A stretch of 64,000 nt of DNA, taken from Chrysemys picta bellii. Its lineage: Eukaryota. Positions 1 to 10,690 of the stretch are shown here, one piece after another (positions within the stretch are counted from its first letter, which is position 1; each line of letters starts with the position of its first letter). The stretch covers positions 1,860,001 through 1,924,000 of the forward strand of contig NC_088801.1 in assembly GCF_011386835.1 (NCBI RefSeq). The letters are read 5' to 3'. The notes below the pieces were generated by a model that searched no databases, was not told where the DNA came from, and was given only the letters and a program-made list of their open reading frames with translations. The translations under genes and the position numbers were made by a program.

Positions 1-197
1 AGGGACAGGGCAGCCCCTGGTGTCGGTGCCCCAGACTTGTACCAGCCGTGGCCCCGCATGTTGGAGGTTGGGGCCACCCCCCCCCGACATGCCCAAGGGG
101 CAGCTCCAAGGTGGGCATGGGCCTGCACCGTGTGCATCTCTTGTGGGGCTTGGTGCCACCTCCCCCGCGGCGCTGCCCCCCCGCCCCGCGGACCCAC

Positions 198-3100
198 CTG
201 CAGGAGGTGCTGCAGCAGGCACTGGTCGGGCTGCAGCCGAGCCCAGAACTCGCTGAAGGCCGAGCCCCGGGCGAAGTCAGAGCCCCGCTGGCCGCTCACC
301 AGCACCACGTTCCCGTGCCGCCCGGATGCCAGCAGCTTCTTGGCCAGCGGGCCCGGGTAGCTCTGGTCGAGGAAGAGGAAGACCCTGCGGGCGCTGCAGC
401 CCTCCAAGTCGGCCAGGAGCTCGGCCACAGGGTAGCGCTCCTTGGGGTCGGCCTGCGGGGGGGGGCAGAGTGTGCCCGTCAGTGCCCTTCCCCCGCCTGC
501 TCACAGCACAGAGGGGAGGGCCCCCCCCCCCAAACACCAGCTGCATGGAGACTCCAGGCAGGAGATCAAGGGAATTCCAGCAGCCCAGCACTTGAAAGGG
601 GGGAATGGGGGGGGGTTTCCCACCCACCCAGCGCAGATGAAAGCGCCAAGCCGGGGCCTTTGAAGTGCAGCAGATCAGAGGCAAGGGGGGAGGGCAGCGA
701 GCTCACCTCCACCTGGAGATCAATGGGGGGGCACCTGGTTCTCTCAGCCCCGCCGCGGGGGGCAGCCAGCTGCCGTGGGAGACGCCCAGAGCCACGGAGT
801 CACCCCACATCCCCTGGCTGCAGAGAGACCCACTGCCCCAGGGAGCCAGGCGAGGGCACAGCCTGGCAGTGGGGGCCGGGAACCCAGCTGAGGGGTGCCC
901 GCACAGCGCCCCACTCACGATGCCGTTCTTGTTGGTGTCCCACAGGAGCATGGTGCCGTCGCTCCAGGTGGGGCTGTTCAGGTAAAGCACCAGCGAGTCG
1001 GCGCAGTGCCGCGTGCGGCACACCAGCGCCAGGTGGCTGCGGATCACCAGCTTCTCCGTGGCTGGATACACGTCGCCCACCTCCGCGGCCACTGGGGGCA
1101 GAGGGCACAGACACCCGTCAGTGAGGCCTCGGGCAGCGCCCGCCCAGAGCCTCCGCCCCGTCCCCCCGGCTTCCTGGGCCTCCCCCAGCCACCTCCTGCC
1201 TGTCGCTACAGGCCCAACCCTGTCACCACACCCTGCATCATGCCTCTGGCCTGGTCTCCTCTCTGCCCATATCCCCGCCCAGCCCCCTGTGCTCATCCCC
1301 CTGCGCCTGGTACTGCCCCACCTCGCCCCTGCCCTGCGGGGCTGAATGGGGGAGGGAGAAGGCTGGTGCCAACTGCAGGAGAGGGGGAGGGGCTGTGCCA
1401 ATCAGTGCCCTAAGCCTTGAGTCACTTGGGCCCAGTCCACGGGGTCTCCACCCCACACCTGGAGGCAGCGCAGAGACCCGGCGTCGGGACCAGCGCTGGT
1501 GCCCAAAGCCCCAGTTAGCCCCTGCTGGAGGGGTCGGGGGGCGACTCACAGGAGTTCCCCATGGCCTGGTACCCCCCCCCGGGGAGTCACTCGAGCCCCC
1601 AGCCGCCCCCGGGGCCGCAGGCCCTGACCTGGCGCCTGGCCATCGCCCGCGAAGAAGGCCTTGATGTGCTCCTGCCGGAAGCCGTTCCGCCGCAGCATCT
1701 GGGCGAAGAGCCGCAGGTTGCGGGCGTGGTGGGGGTAGGTGATCTGGTCCTGCCAGCCGCCTGGGGGGGGGCACAGCGTTAAGGGCAGCATGGGGCTCGG
1801 CCGGCTGGGCAGGGAGGGGGCACCAAGGCCAGTGTGTCTGCAGCCCTAAGGGAGGGGCCAGAGCCTGGCAGCACCCACCAATGGGATGTGGGGGAGGCAC
1901 CATGCCACTCGGGCTCTGATGGGGCACCCAGCTCCCAGCAGCAGGACTCGGCCCCTCAGCGCCAGGAGAGGGCAAGGGCAACCCCCGTTCAGCCCCAGGA
2001 AAGCCAGAGCCCGGGGCAAGCCGCCCTCCAGCATGGCCAGGGGGTGAGCCCCCACTCAGCCTCGCGGCCTGGAGACACCCCAGCCCAACCCACTTCCCCC
2101 AGGGCCCTCAGCTGGGAAATGCCTTTAACCCCCAGTCTATGGGGCTGGAGCCAAACTGACGGCCCCGTGTCCCATTCCCCGACCCCCTGAGCCAGCCAGT
2201 CCCCTGCCCTGGGGCCGGGTCAGAGCCAGCGCCCCCTAGAGGGGAAGGAGCGTGTCCCATCCCCCACCCTGGGGCACACCTGAGAGGAGCACGGCGTGGT
2301 CACAGGTCTGGTACATGCGGCAGGACTTGTGGGCGGGCAGCTGCTGCCGGTGGCACCGGCGGGTGTTCTTGTCCAGCTCGCAGCGAGCGGCCATGGGGCT
2401 GGGGCTGACCACGGGGAGCGGCTGCGGACACGGGCCGAATCCCGGCAGCTCTGCCAGGAAAAGCAACAGGTGATATGTGGTAGGACTGGCAGACAGACAG
2501 AGGGGGGCAGGGCCCACAGACAGACAGACAGAGGTGGAGTGGGGCCCACAGACAGATGGGGCAGGGCCCACAGACAGTCAGACAGAGGCGGGGTGGGGCA
2601 CACAGACAGACAAAGGCGGGGTGGGGCACACAGACAGACGGAGGCGGGGCGAGACCGACAGACAGAGGTGGGGTGGGGCACACAGACAGACAGAGGTGGG
2701 GTGGGGCCCACAGACAGATGGGGGCAGGGCCCACAGACAGACAGACAGAGGCGGGGTGGGGTACACAGACAGACAGACGGAGGCAGGGCGGGACCCACAG
2801 ACAGACAGACAGAGGTGGGGTGGGGCACACAGACAGACGGAGGCGGGGTGGGGCACACAGACAGACAAACAGAGGCAGGGTGGGGCACACAGACAGACAG
2901 ACAGACAGAGGCGGGGCAGGACTGACAGACAGACAGAGGCGGAGTGGAGCCCACAGACAGATGGGGGCAGGGCCCACAGACAGACAGATGGAGGCGGGGT
3001 GGGGCACACAGACAGACAGACTGAGGTGGGGCGGGACCCACAGACAGACAGACTGAGGCGGGGCGGGACCCACAGACAGAGGCGGGGTGGGGCACACAGA

Positions 3101-6100
3101 CAGACAGACGGAGGCGGGGCAAGACCGACAGACAGAGGCGGGGTGGGGCACACAGACAGACAGAGGTGGGGCACACAGACAGACAGAGGTGGGGCGGGAC
3201 AGACAGACAGACAGACGGAGGCGGGGTGGGGCACACAGACAGACAGACGGAGGCGGGGCGGGGCACACAGACAGAGGTGGGGTGGGGCACACAGACAGAC
3301 AGAGGCGGAGTGGGGCCCACAGACAGACAGAGGCGGGGCGGGACAGACAGACAGATGGAGGCGGGGTGGGGCACACAGACAGACAGACGGGGGCGGGGCA
3401 CCCGCAGGCTCATGACAGCTGCCATGGCTGAGTGAGAATGGGGCAGAGGAGTGATGGGGGCAGAGCGCCGGGGTGCCCAGGGAACAGCCTCCTGCACTAG
3501 CAGGGCGGGGCCAGTCCCGGAGGGCCCGGGAAGACGGGGGCCAGTCAGCTGCGGGCAAGGCCCCGGGCCGGTAACCCCGGGTGGGCCCCAGCCCCAGCGG
3601 CCATTCCCTGGCCGAGGAGTGGAGCTGAGCCCTGGTCTCCGGGTGCCAGAGCTGCCCCTCGGTGCCGCCCCCCGGGGTCCCCGCGCACCCACCTACGCAG
3701 TGCAGCCTCTGCTGGCGCTTGGGGTCCTGCGCCGCCACCACCAAGGGCAGGAAGTGAATCTCACAGACCCCCACCAGCGGCTCCTCCCGGCGGGCGCGCC
3801 CAGCCTCGGCGGCCTCCCGCGTGCCCTGCCCGCCGCGCCCTCGCCGCTTCGTCTGGTTCTCGCAGCGGCTCCGCAGGGCCAGGGTCAGGCACTCGTAGCT
3901 GCCTGTGGGGCGAGCAGACGCTGTGGGGGCCGGTCTGAGCACGCCAGGACGGGGAGCCAGAGCTCAGGGACACGGTGACCCACGCGGCCAGAGCCCGGGA
4001 CGCATCGCGCCAGTCACGGTGTGGGGCAGAACCGGCCACTTCACACCTAGTGCTGCAGAGCGCCCCCAACTGAGCCCCCGGCCCGCTCCCCGCACCCCCT
4101 AGCGCCCCCCACGGGCACTGGGGCCAGCCCTGACTGCCAGGGGAGAGCCCCCACCCGCTCCCCATGCACAGCGCCCCCTAGCGCCCCCCACGGGCACTGG
4201 GGCCAGCCCTGACTGCCAGGGGAGAGCCCCCGACCGCTCCCTGCGCACAGCGCCCCCTAGAGCCTCTCACGGGCACTGCGGCCAGCCCTGACTGCCAGGG
4301 GAGAGCCCCCACCCGCTCCCCATGTACAGCGCCCCCTAGCGCCCCCCACGGGCACTGGGGCCAGCCCTGACTGCCAGGGGAGAGCCCCCACCCGCTCCCC
4401 ATGCACAGCGCCCCCTAGCGCCCCCCACGGGCACTGGGGCCAGCCCTGACTGCCAGGGGAGAGCCCGCCCCATCGCTGCGCACAGCGCCCCCTAGCACCC
4501 CCCACCGGCACTGGGGCCAGCCCTGACTGCCAGGGGAGAGCCCCCACCCGCTCCCCATGCACAGCGCCCCCTAGTGCTCCCCACGGGCACTGGGGCCGGC
4601 CCTGACTGCCAGGGGAGAGCCCCCTACTGAGCCCCCACCCGCTCCCCATGCACAGCGCCCCCTAGCGCCCCCCACGGGCACTGCGCCAGCCCTGACTGCC
4701 AGGGGAGAGCCCGCCCCATCGCTGCGCACAGCGCCCCCTAGTGCTCCCCACGGGCACTGGGGCCAGCCCTGTCTGCCAGGGGAGAGCCCCCACCCGCTCC
4801 CCATGCACAGCGCCCCCTAGCGCCTCTCCCGGGCACTGCGCCAGTCCTGACTGCCAGGGGAGAGCCCGCCCCATCGCTGCGCACAGCGCCCCCTAGCGCC
4901 CCCCACGGGCACTGGGGCCAGCCCTGTCTGCCGGGGGAGAGCCCCCGACCGCTCCCTGCGCACAGCGCTCCCTAGCGCCCCCCACGGGCACTGGGGACAG
5001 CCCTGACTGCCAGGGGAGAGCCCGCCCCATCGCTGCGCACAGCGCCCCCTAGTGCTCCCCACGGGCACTGGGGCCAGCCCTGACTGCCAGGGGAGAGCCC
5101 GCCCCATCGCTGCGCACAGCGCCCCCTAGCGCCCCCCCACGGGCACTGGGGACAGCCCTGACTGCCAGGGGAGAGCCCCAACCCGCTCCCCATGCACAGC
5201 ACCCCCTAGCGCCGCCCACGGGCACTGGGGCCGGCCCTGACTGCCAGGGGAGAGCCCCCTACTAACACAGCGCCCCCTAGCGCCGCCCACGGGCACTGGG
5301 GCCGGCCCTGTCTGCCGGGGAGACCCCCCCCAAGCCCCAGGGGGAGGCAGCCGCCGCAGGTTGCGCACCCCCCGCCCCTGGCCGGACCCGGCTCCCAGGG
5401 CAGGACACGGGGCCATGTCTCGCCTTGGCCCCAGCCCCTCCGCAGACGCCGGGGCTGCGGAGCCGGGACCTGTCCAGGCGGGCCGGGGGCAGGCGCAGCC
5501 TCCGGGGTCCGGCTGCCCCACGCCAGACAGGCGGGGTAAGGGGGCTGCGCCGGCGGCTCTAGCGACCCTCCAATCCCCGGGGCCACTTACTGGAGCCGGG
5601 GCGCGCCCGCCATCTGCCCCATCGCTCCGAGACTGGGGGAGAGAAGAGGCCGCGGGCGCTGCCGGGACGGAGGGGACCGGACCGGACCAGGCCGGGCTCC
5701 GGGGCACGAGGGGGGCTGTGGCGGGGACCGGGGGCGGACGCGGGCCAGGCCGGGCTCGGAAGGGGACGGGGAGCGGGGCTCGGGGGCACGAGGGGGGCCT
5801 GGGACCGGGGGCGGACGGGGAGCGGGGCACAGAGGGGACATAGGGGCGGGGACCGGGGGCGGACGAGCTCGGGGCGGGGAGCGGGGCTCGGGGGCACGAG
5901 GGGAGGGGGACCGGGGGCGGACGGGGAGCGGGGCACAGAGGGGACATAGGGGCTGGGCCGGGGGCGGACGGGGAGCGGGGCACAGAGGGGACATAGGGGC
6001 TGGGCCGGGGGCGGACGGGGACCGGGGCACAGAGGGGACATAGGGGCTGGGGCGGGTACCGGGGGCAGACGGGGAGCGGGGCACAGAGGGGACATAGGGG

Positions 6101-6767
6101 CTGGGCCGGGGGCGGACGGGGAGCGGGGCACAGAGGGGACATAGGGCCGGGGGCGGACGGGGAGCGGGGCACAGAGGGGACATAGGGGCTGGGCCGGGGG
6201 CGGACGGGGAGCGGGGCACAGAGGGGACGTAGGGGCTGGGCCGGGGGCGGACGGGGAGCGGGGCACAGAGGGGACATAGGGGCTGGGCCGGGGGCGGACG
6301 GGGACCGGGGCACAGAGGGGACAGAGGGGCGGGGACCGGGGCGGCCGCGGGCCGGCCGGGCGCTCACCCAGGTAGACGCGGTCCGGGCCCCGGCAGCGCC
6401 GCGGGCTGACGCCGAAGTCCAGGTGGAAGAGCCGCAGCGGGTGGCCGAAGCTCGCCCCGGGGCTGGGGTCCAGCAGCAGCAGCGCGTCGTGCGCGGGGGG
6501 CGCCCCGGGGCCGCCCCGGGGGGCGCCGCTGGCCGCGGCCGAGCCGTCGGGGAGCAGCGCCCGCAGCTTGTGGCCGGGCCGGGCGGGCTCCGACACGTAG
6601 AGCGCGGGGCACTCGGGCTGGGGGCCGCCCCGCGGGGCGCACGGAGCCGCCTGCAGGTGCCGCAGGGCGGCCGCCCCCCAGCGCCGCAGCCGGGGCTGGG
6701 CGAAGCGGCCGGAGCCGCCCAGGGGCTGCGGCAGGGCGGCCAGGAGCAGCAGCAGCAGAGGGGCCAT
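198..6767 (-). CDS. Uncharacterised secreted protein with a C-terminal peptidase C13/legumain-like (clan CD) domain, predicted catalytically dead; 3' end unresolved
   Basis: Hand-spliced exons 6767-6368, 3902-3693, 2450-2280, 1760-1629, 1091-919, 452-198. All are GT-AG with phases 1,1,1,1,0,0 and give 447 stop-free codons. Starts MAPLLLLLLAALPQPLGG (signal-peptide-like). Later motifs HAVLLSGG, YPHHARN, LRRNGFRQEHI, DSLVLYLNSP, RRVFLFLDQSYPG, NVVLVSG, FSEFW fall in the same order as the legumain core motifs. No stop codon located; the last exon(s) may lie near or beyond base 1. Confidence 0.8.
2483..3405. repeat. Complex micro/minisatellite of (ACAG)n blocks alternating with GGGGTGGGGC/GGCGGGGC blocks
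   Basis: Recurring cagacagacaga and gaggcggggtggggcaca units in intron 2 of the unnamed gene. Explains the TDRQ/SVCL low-complexity ORFs. Confidence 0.95.
4085..5330. repeat. ~79-bp minisatellite, about 16 copies, each with a CTCF-like motif
   Basis: The CCCCTAG anchor recurs near 4100, 4179, 4258, 4337, 4416, 4493, 4572, 4663, 4739, 4818, 4894, 4973, 5050, 5127, 5207 and 5278. Confidence 0.95.
5780..6340. repeat. ~47-bp G-rich minisatellite
   Basis: Unit ggggcacagaggggacataggggctgggccgggggcggacggggagc repeated in intron 1 of the unnamed gene. Confidence 0.95.
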
Positions 6768-7084
6768 AGAGGGGACCGGGCTCGCGTCCCGCTCCCCCCG
6801 GCTCTGCCCTCCCGGGTCCCGGCCGGTCCTGGAGGCGGGAGCCCCGGCTGGAGGGACCCTGGGCTGAGGCGCGGCCGGGAGCCCCGCTGCTTACCCCGAC
6901 CCTGCCAGCGCCGGGCCGGCTGGAGGCGAGGGGGGAGCGGGCGGAGTCAGGCCCCCCTGGGCGCCGGGGAGGAGTCGGGCGGATGCAGCCTCGGTCCCTG
7001 CTAGAGTCATGAGCGGGATGCTGAGGGCCCGCCCTGGGAGCGAGTCACAAGTGACCCAGGTCTGGGGCGGGAGGGGGTGCGCGG

Positions 7085-7745
7085 GGAGGGGGGGGAGCCC
7101 AGGGCTGGTGTGGGAGGAGATGGGGGGGAGAGCCCAAGGCTGGGGCAGCAGGGGGCTCGGGGGGCAGGGAGGAGAGCCCAAGGCTGGGGCGGCAGGGGGT
7201 GCAGGTGGGGGATAGCCCAGGGCTGGGGCAGGTGGGGGGGCAGGTGGGGGTGAGCCCAGAGCTGGGGCGGGAGGGGGTGCGGATGAGGGGACAGCCCAGG
7301 GCTGGGGCAGGAGGGTGTGCGGATGGGGGGTGAGGGGACAGCCCAGGGCTGGGGCGGTGGGGGGTGCAGATGGCGGTGAGCCCAGGGCTGGGGCGGTGGG
7401 GGGTGCGGATGAGGGGACAGCCCAGGGCTGGGGCAGGAGGGGGTGCAGGTGGGGGACAGCCCAGGGCTGGGGCAGGTGGGGGTGCAGGTGGGCGGGAGCC
7501 CAGGGCTGGGGCAGCAGGGGGTGCAGGAGGGGGTGCGGATGGGGGGTGAGGGGACAGCCCAGGGCTGGGGCAGGAGGGGGTGCAGGTGGGGGTGCGGATG
7601 GGGGGTGAGGGGACAGCCCAGGGCTGGGGCAGGAGGGGGTGCAGGTGGGGATAGCCCAGGGCTGGGGCAGGTGGGGGTGCAGGGGGGGACAGCCCAGGGC
7701 TGGGGCAGGAGGGGGTGCAGGGGGGGACAGCCCAGGGTGCGGGTG
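7085..7745. repeat. G-rich minisatellite (agcccagggctggggcaggagggggtgca-type unit)
   Basis: Many degenerate copies of cagcccagggctggggc just upstream of the unnamed gene's ATG. Confidence 0.9.
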
Positions 7746-9144
7746 CAGGTCAGCCTTGGCAGTGGTTTCCCCTGCTGGACACCAAGCGGCCGGAGCCCCG
7801 GAGCCAGGCAGCCACTGGCAGGAAGGGCAGGAGGTGTTGGGAAGCCCCGTGCAGGGGCTGCAGGAGGTGGCATTCCCACGCCCTGGAGGGGCAGTGAGTG
7901 ACTCAGTTTGGCTGCCACTAGCCGGGGTTCTCTGCCATGCCGCCAGTGCCCTCCCGCGCCAGGTTCCCAGGGGCAGGCGGCTGTTCGCTGTGCGGGGCCT
8001 AGCAGTGCGGGCTGGGGCCCCAGGGGCACCGCACTCCAGCAGGGGCAGTTCGGCAGCAGCCGTAGCGCTTGCCAATGGGGTCAGGAGCAGCCCCCCTGTG
8101 GGTGATGGGAACAGGCCCGACCTGAGGGGTCAGCTGCCCATCCCCACAGCCTCCTCCTCAGACCCGATTCAGGCTCTGTCAGCTGCAGCCACACAAGGCC
8201 TCTGGGGCCAGCTGGGCACAGGGCCCTGATCAACTCAGCGCTCCCTGCCCGCTGTGCGGGGCCTGGCAGTCCAGAGCCTTGGCACCGCTTCCACCCGGGC
8301 AGGGACTCCCCCTGGGGCTGAAGCGCGTGGGGCAAGGCCCTGACTTGTGCAATGCAGGCAGGGGAACAAGGCTGCAGTGCGGAGCCAGCGCTCTTAGCCC
8401 CAGCCCAGGCAGGAGATCCGCTGGCACCGACTGCCAGGAGAAAGTGGGCAGAGGCCCTGCCCTAGCTCTGGGACCTGCTCCTGGAGAGGCCCCCAGCCCT
8501 GCACACAGCAAGGGCCGCCCCACCCGGGGGGAAGGCTTGCGCTTGCCCCTGCAGCCCTAATGGGAACAAGCTGCTCGAGGGGCTGCCTGGGTCCCCTCCT
8601 CCCTCCCGGCCGCCGCAGGGCAGGAAACGCTCCCGGGGGCATTTCCTGAGCACCAGCCGCCGGAGGCTGCACAGACCAGCACCAGCTTCGCTTGAACCGA
8701 ACGCAGGCGAGGCCCCAGGAGACAAAGCGACTCCAGTGTGGGACCCGGGGGCGGCCCCTGGCAGGCCAAGGATGGCACCCACAGGCCAGGGGCAGCGCTG
8801 TGCACTCACCAGCAGGGGAGGGCTGATCTGGGCCCAGCCCCTTCCCTGGCTCCAATGGGGCATTGCCCGCAGCCACCTGGGCCCCTGCTGGTGTCAGGCT
8901 GGGAGCCGGCCCGGAGCTGGGGCAACAGGAGGGGGACAGAGCCCAGAGCTGGGCCCACAGCAGCTCTAGCAGCCTGCAGAGAGCCGGGGGCTCAGGCCAG
9001 TTCCTATTGGCCCCTGGGCCCTGGCACTGCTTGTGCGGTACCTGTGCCAGGCCAGAGGAGTCAGGCTCTTGGATGGTGAGCGCAGCCAGGGCAGGGTCCC
9101 CCCCCCAGGAAAGAGACCAAGGACACCCCGCTTTTGGGTAGGAC

Positions 9145-9150
9145 TTTATT
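9145..9150 (-). terminator. Polyadenylation signal AATAAA, probably for ZFAND2B
   Basis: tttatt on the plus strand about 1.5 kb past the ZFAND2B stop codon. Confidence 0.6.
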
Positions 9151-10690
9151 TCCCTCCAGGCAGCACGTAGTAGCCAGACAGCCCCAGCCCTGCAGAGAGC
9201 TACCTTTCGCCCCCCCCCACTCCTGAGTGCCACAGCCGGCCCAGGCCCAAGCTCAGGGCACAGGAAGAGACGCCGCCCGCATGCGCTGGCCTCCTAGACG
9301 CCCAGCTGCAGAAGGTGCAGCTGTTACCCACTACAGCAAGACCCAGCCGCACCCGGAGTCCTGTGCACGCAGAGCTGGAGGGGAAGCAGCTTCCAGCGTG
9401 TCCAAGGGGCTGCACTGAGCAGGCAGCAGATGCCGGCACAAGGCCCGAGCGGAGGAGAGCCGCCCGCACCAACCCAGGAGCCTGGTGGCAGGGCACTGGC
9501 CCTGAATTCAGCAGGACTAGAAGGGGCTGCTCTGGGGAAGACTCCAGGGGCCTGGTCCCTATCGCCACGGGAGACGCTCCACCAGGGCTCCCCTTTGAGG
9601 TCAGGTGATGCCTTAGGGCAAGGGCTGGGTTTGGGGGGGCTCTTAGCAGAGGCAGTGGAGCGGTCTGTGATCACTGCGTGGAGGGGCTGTGTTCCCATGG
9701 GAAACAGGGCAGCTGCTTTTCCCGGCTTCCTGCCCCACATCCAGCACCCCACGAATTAAAGAGAGGGGCTGAGAAAGGCTGGCCTGGCCCCCCAGCTGAG
9801 CCCTGCCTGGAGGACGGGGGGGGGGAGTCACTCACAGGGGCAGGTGCCAGGCCTTGCAGGGCAGGGGGTTCTCCCACATAGCGTGGCCAGCGCAGGGAGC
9901 GCAGCTGCAGGGCCCATGGGTGGCTAACGAGGACAGGGCTGAGTCCCCATGGGGGGAAATGAGCGTTACCCAGCCATTACCTGAGGCTACAACCCTCCCT
10001 ACCCCCCGGGCACCCCAGGGAGCTGACCTGGTGCTTTAGCACCGGGGGGGAGGGGGAAGAGGTGAGGGCAGTTCCGGCCCAGGGCGACGTGTGTAGAGCA
10101 GCCCGTCTCATTAAAGCATCCAGCAGGCCCTGCGCGGGGCTGGGCAGCGCTGAGCGGGGGTCTGTCCTTGTCCCTTTGTAGTGTGTGGGGCAGGGGACTG
10201 GACATGACCCAGCCTGGGTCAGAGCGCAGGTATTGGGGTCAAGCCACCCCCGGGTGTAACACTCCACCTCCAGGAGAGGTGCCCCCCCATTTCACCCCAC
10301 TCTCGGCACTGTGGCAGGTGGGTGAGGGACCGAGGCACGATGCCCACCAGCGATCCCAAGGCCCACGGCTGCTGGCGTTGCTCCTCCTCCCCGGCTACGG
10401 CCGGCCTGCTGGCGGCTGCAGATCGCTCCTCCCACGCGGCTGCAGCCGGCTCTGGTCTGTGAGAACGGGGCGTGGCGCGAGGCGGCCCCATGCAGCTCAA
10501 AGCGGTTCAGCTACGGTCTATTGTCCAGGGAGCGGGAGCAGCCAGCGTTTGGTCAGTTGGTTCTAGCTGTGGAAGAGGCAGGAGAAGCCCCCGCCGGCCC
10601 TCTGCAGGTGGCGCTCGGGCAGGGCCTGGCAGAGCTGGGCGATGGTACCCGGCCCTGTGGACAGGCCCTAGGCATCGTGGTGCTCCCAGC

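Noticed and set aside
1-135. Candidate seventh exon of the unnamed gene after a CAG near 124
   Set aside because: No reading frame showed recognisable family-like sequence or a stop before the window edge, so the terminal exon is left unresolved.
2220-3942. Long ORFs 2220-3692, 2300-3376, 2578-3942 and 2477-3415
   Set aside because: Mostly (ACAG)n repeat translation. Only the parts matching exons 3902-3693 and 2450-2280 are treated as coding.
5126-8075. Pro/Gly-rich ORFs 5126-6367, 6891-8075, 7007-8029 and the tail of 5559-6767
   Set aside because: Minisatellite translations. The real first exon ends at the donor after 6368.
7750-10690. Search for ABCB6 exons or another gene between the unnamed gene and ZFAND2B
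   Set aside because: No ABC-transporter motifs and no coherent spliceable exon set were found. The interval is best explained as ZFAND2B 3' UTR plus intergenic DNA.
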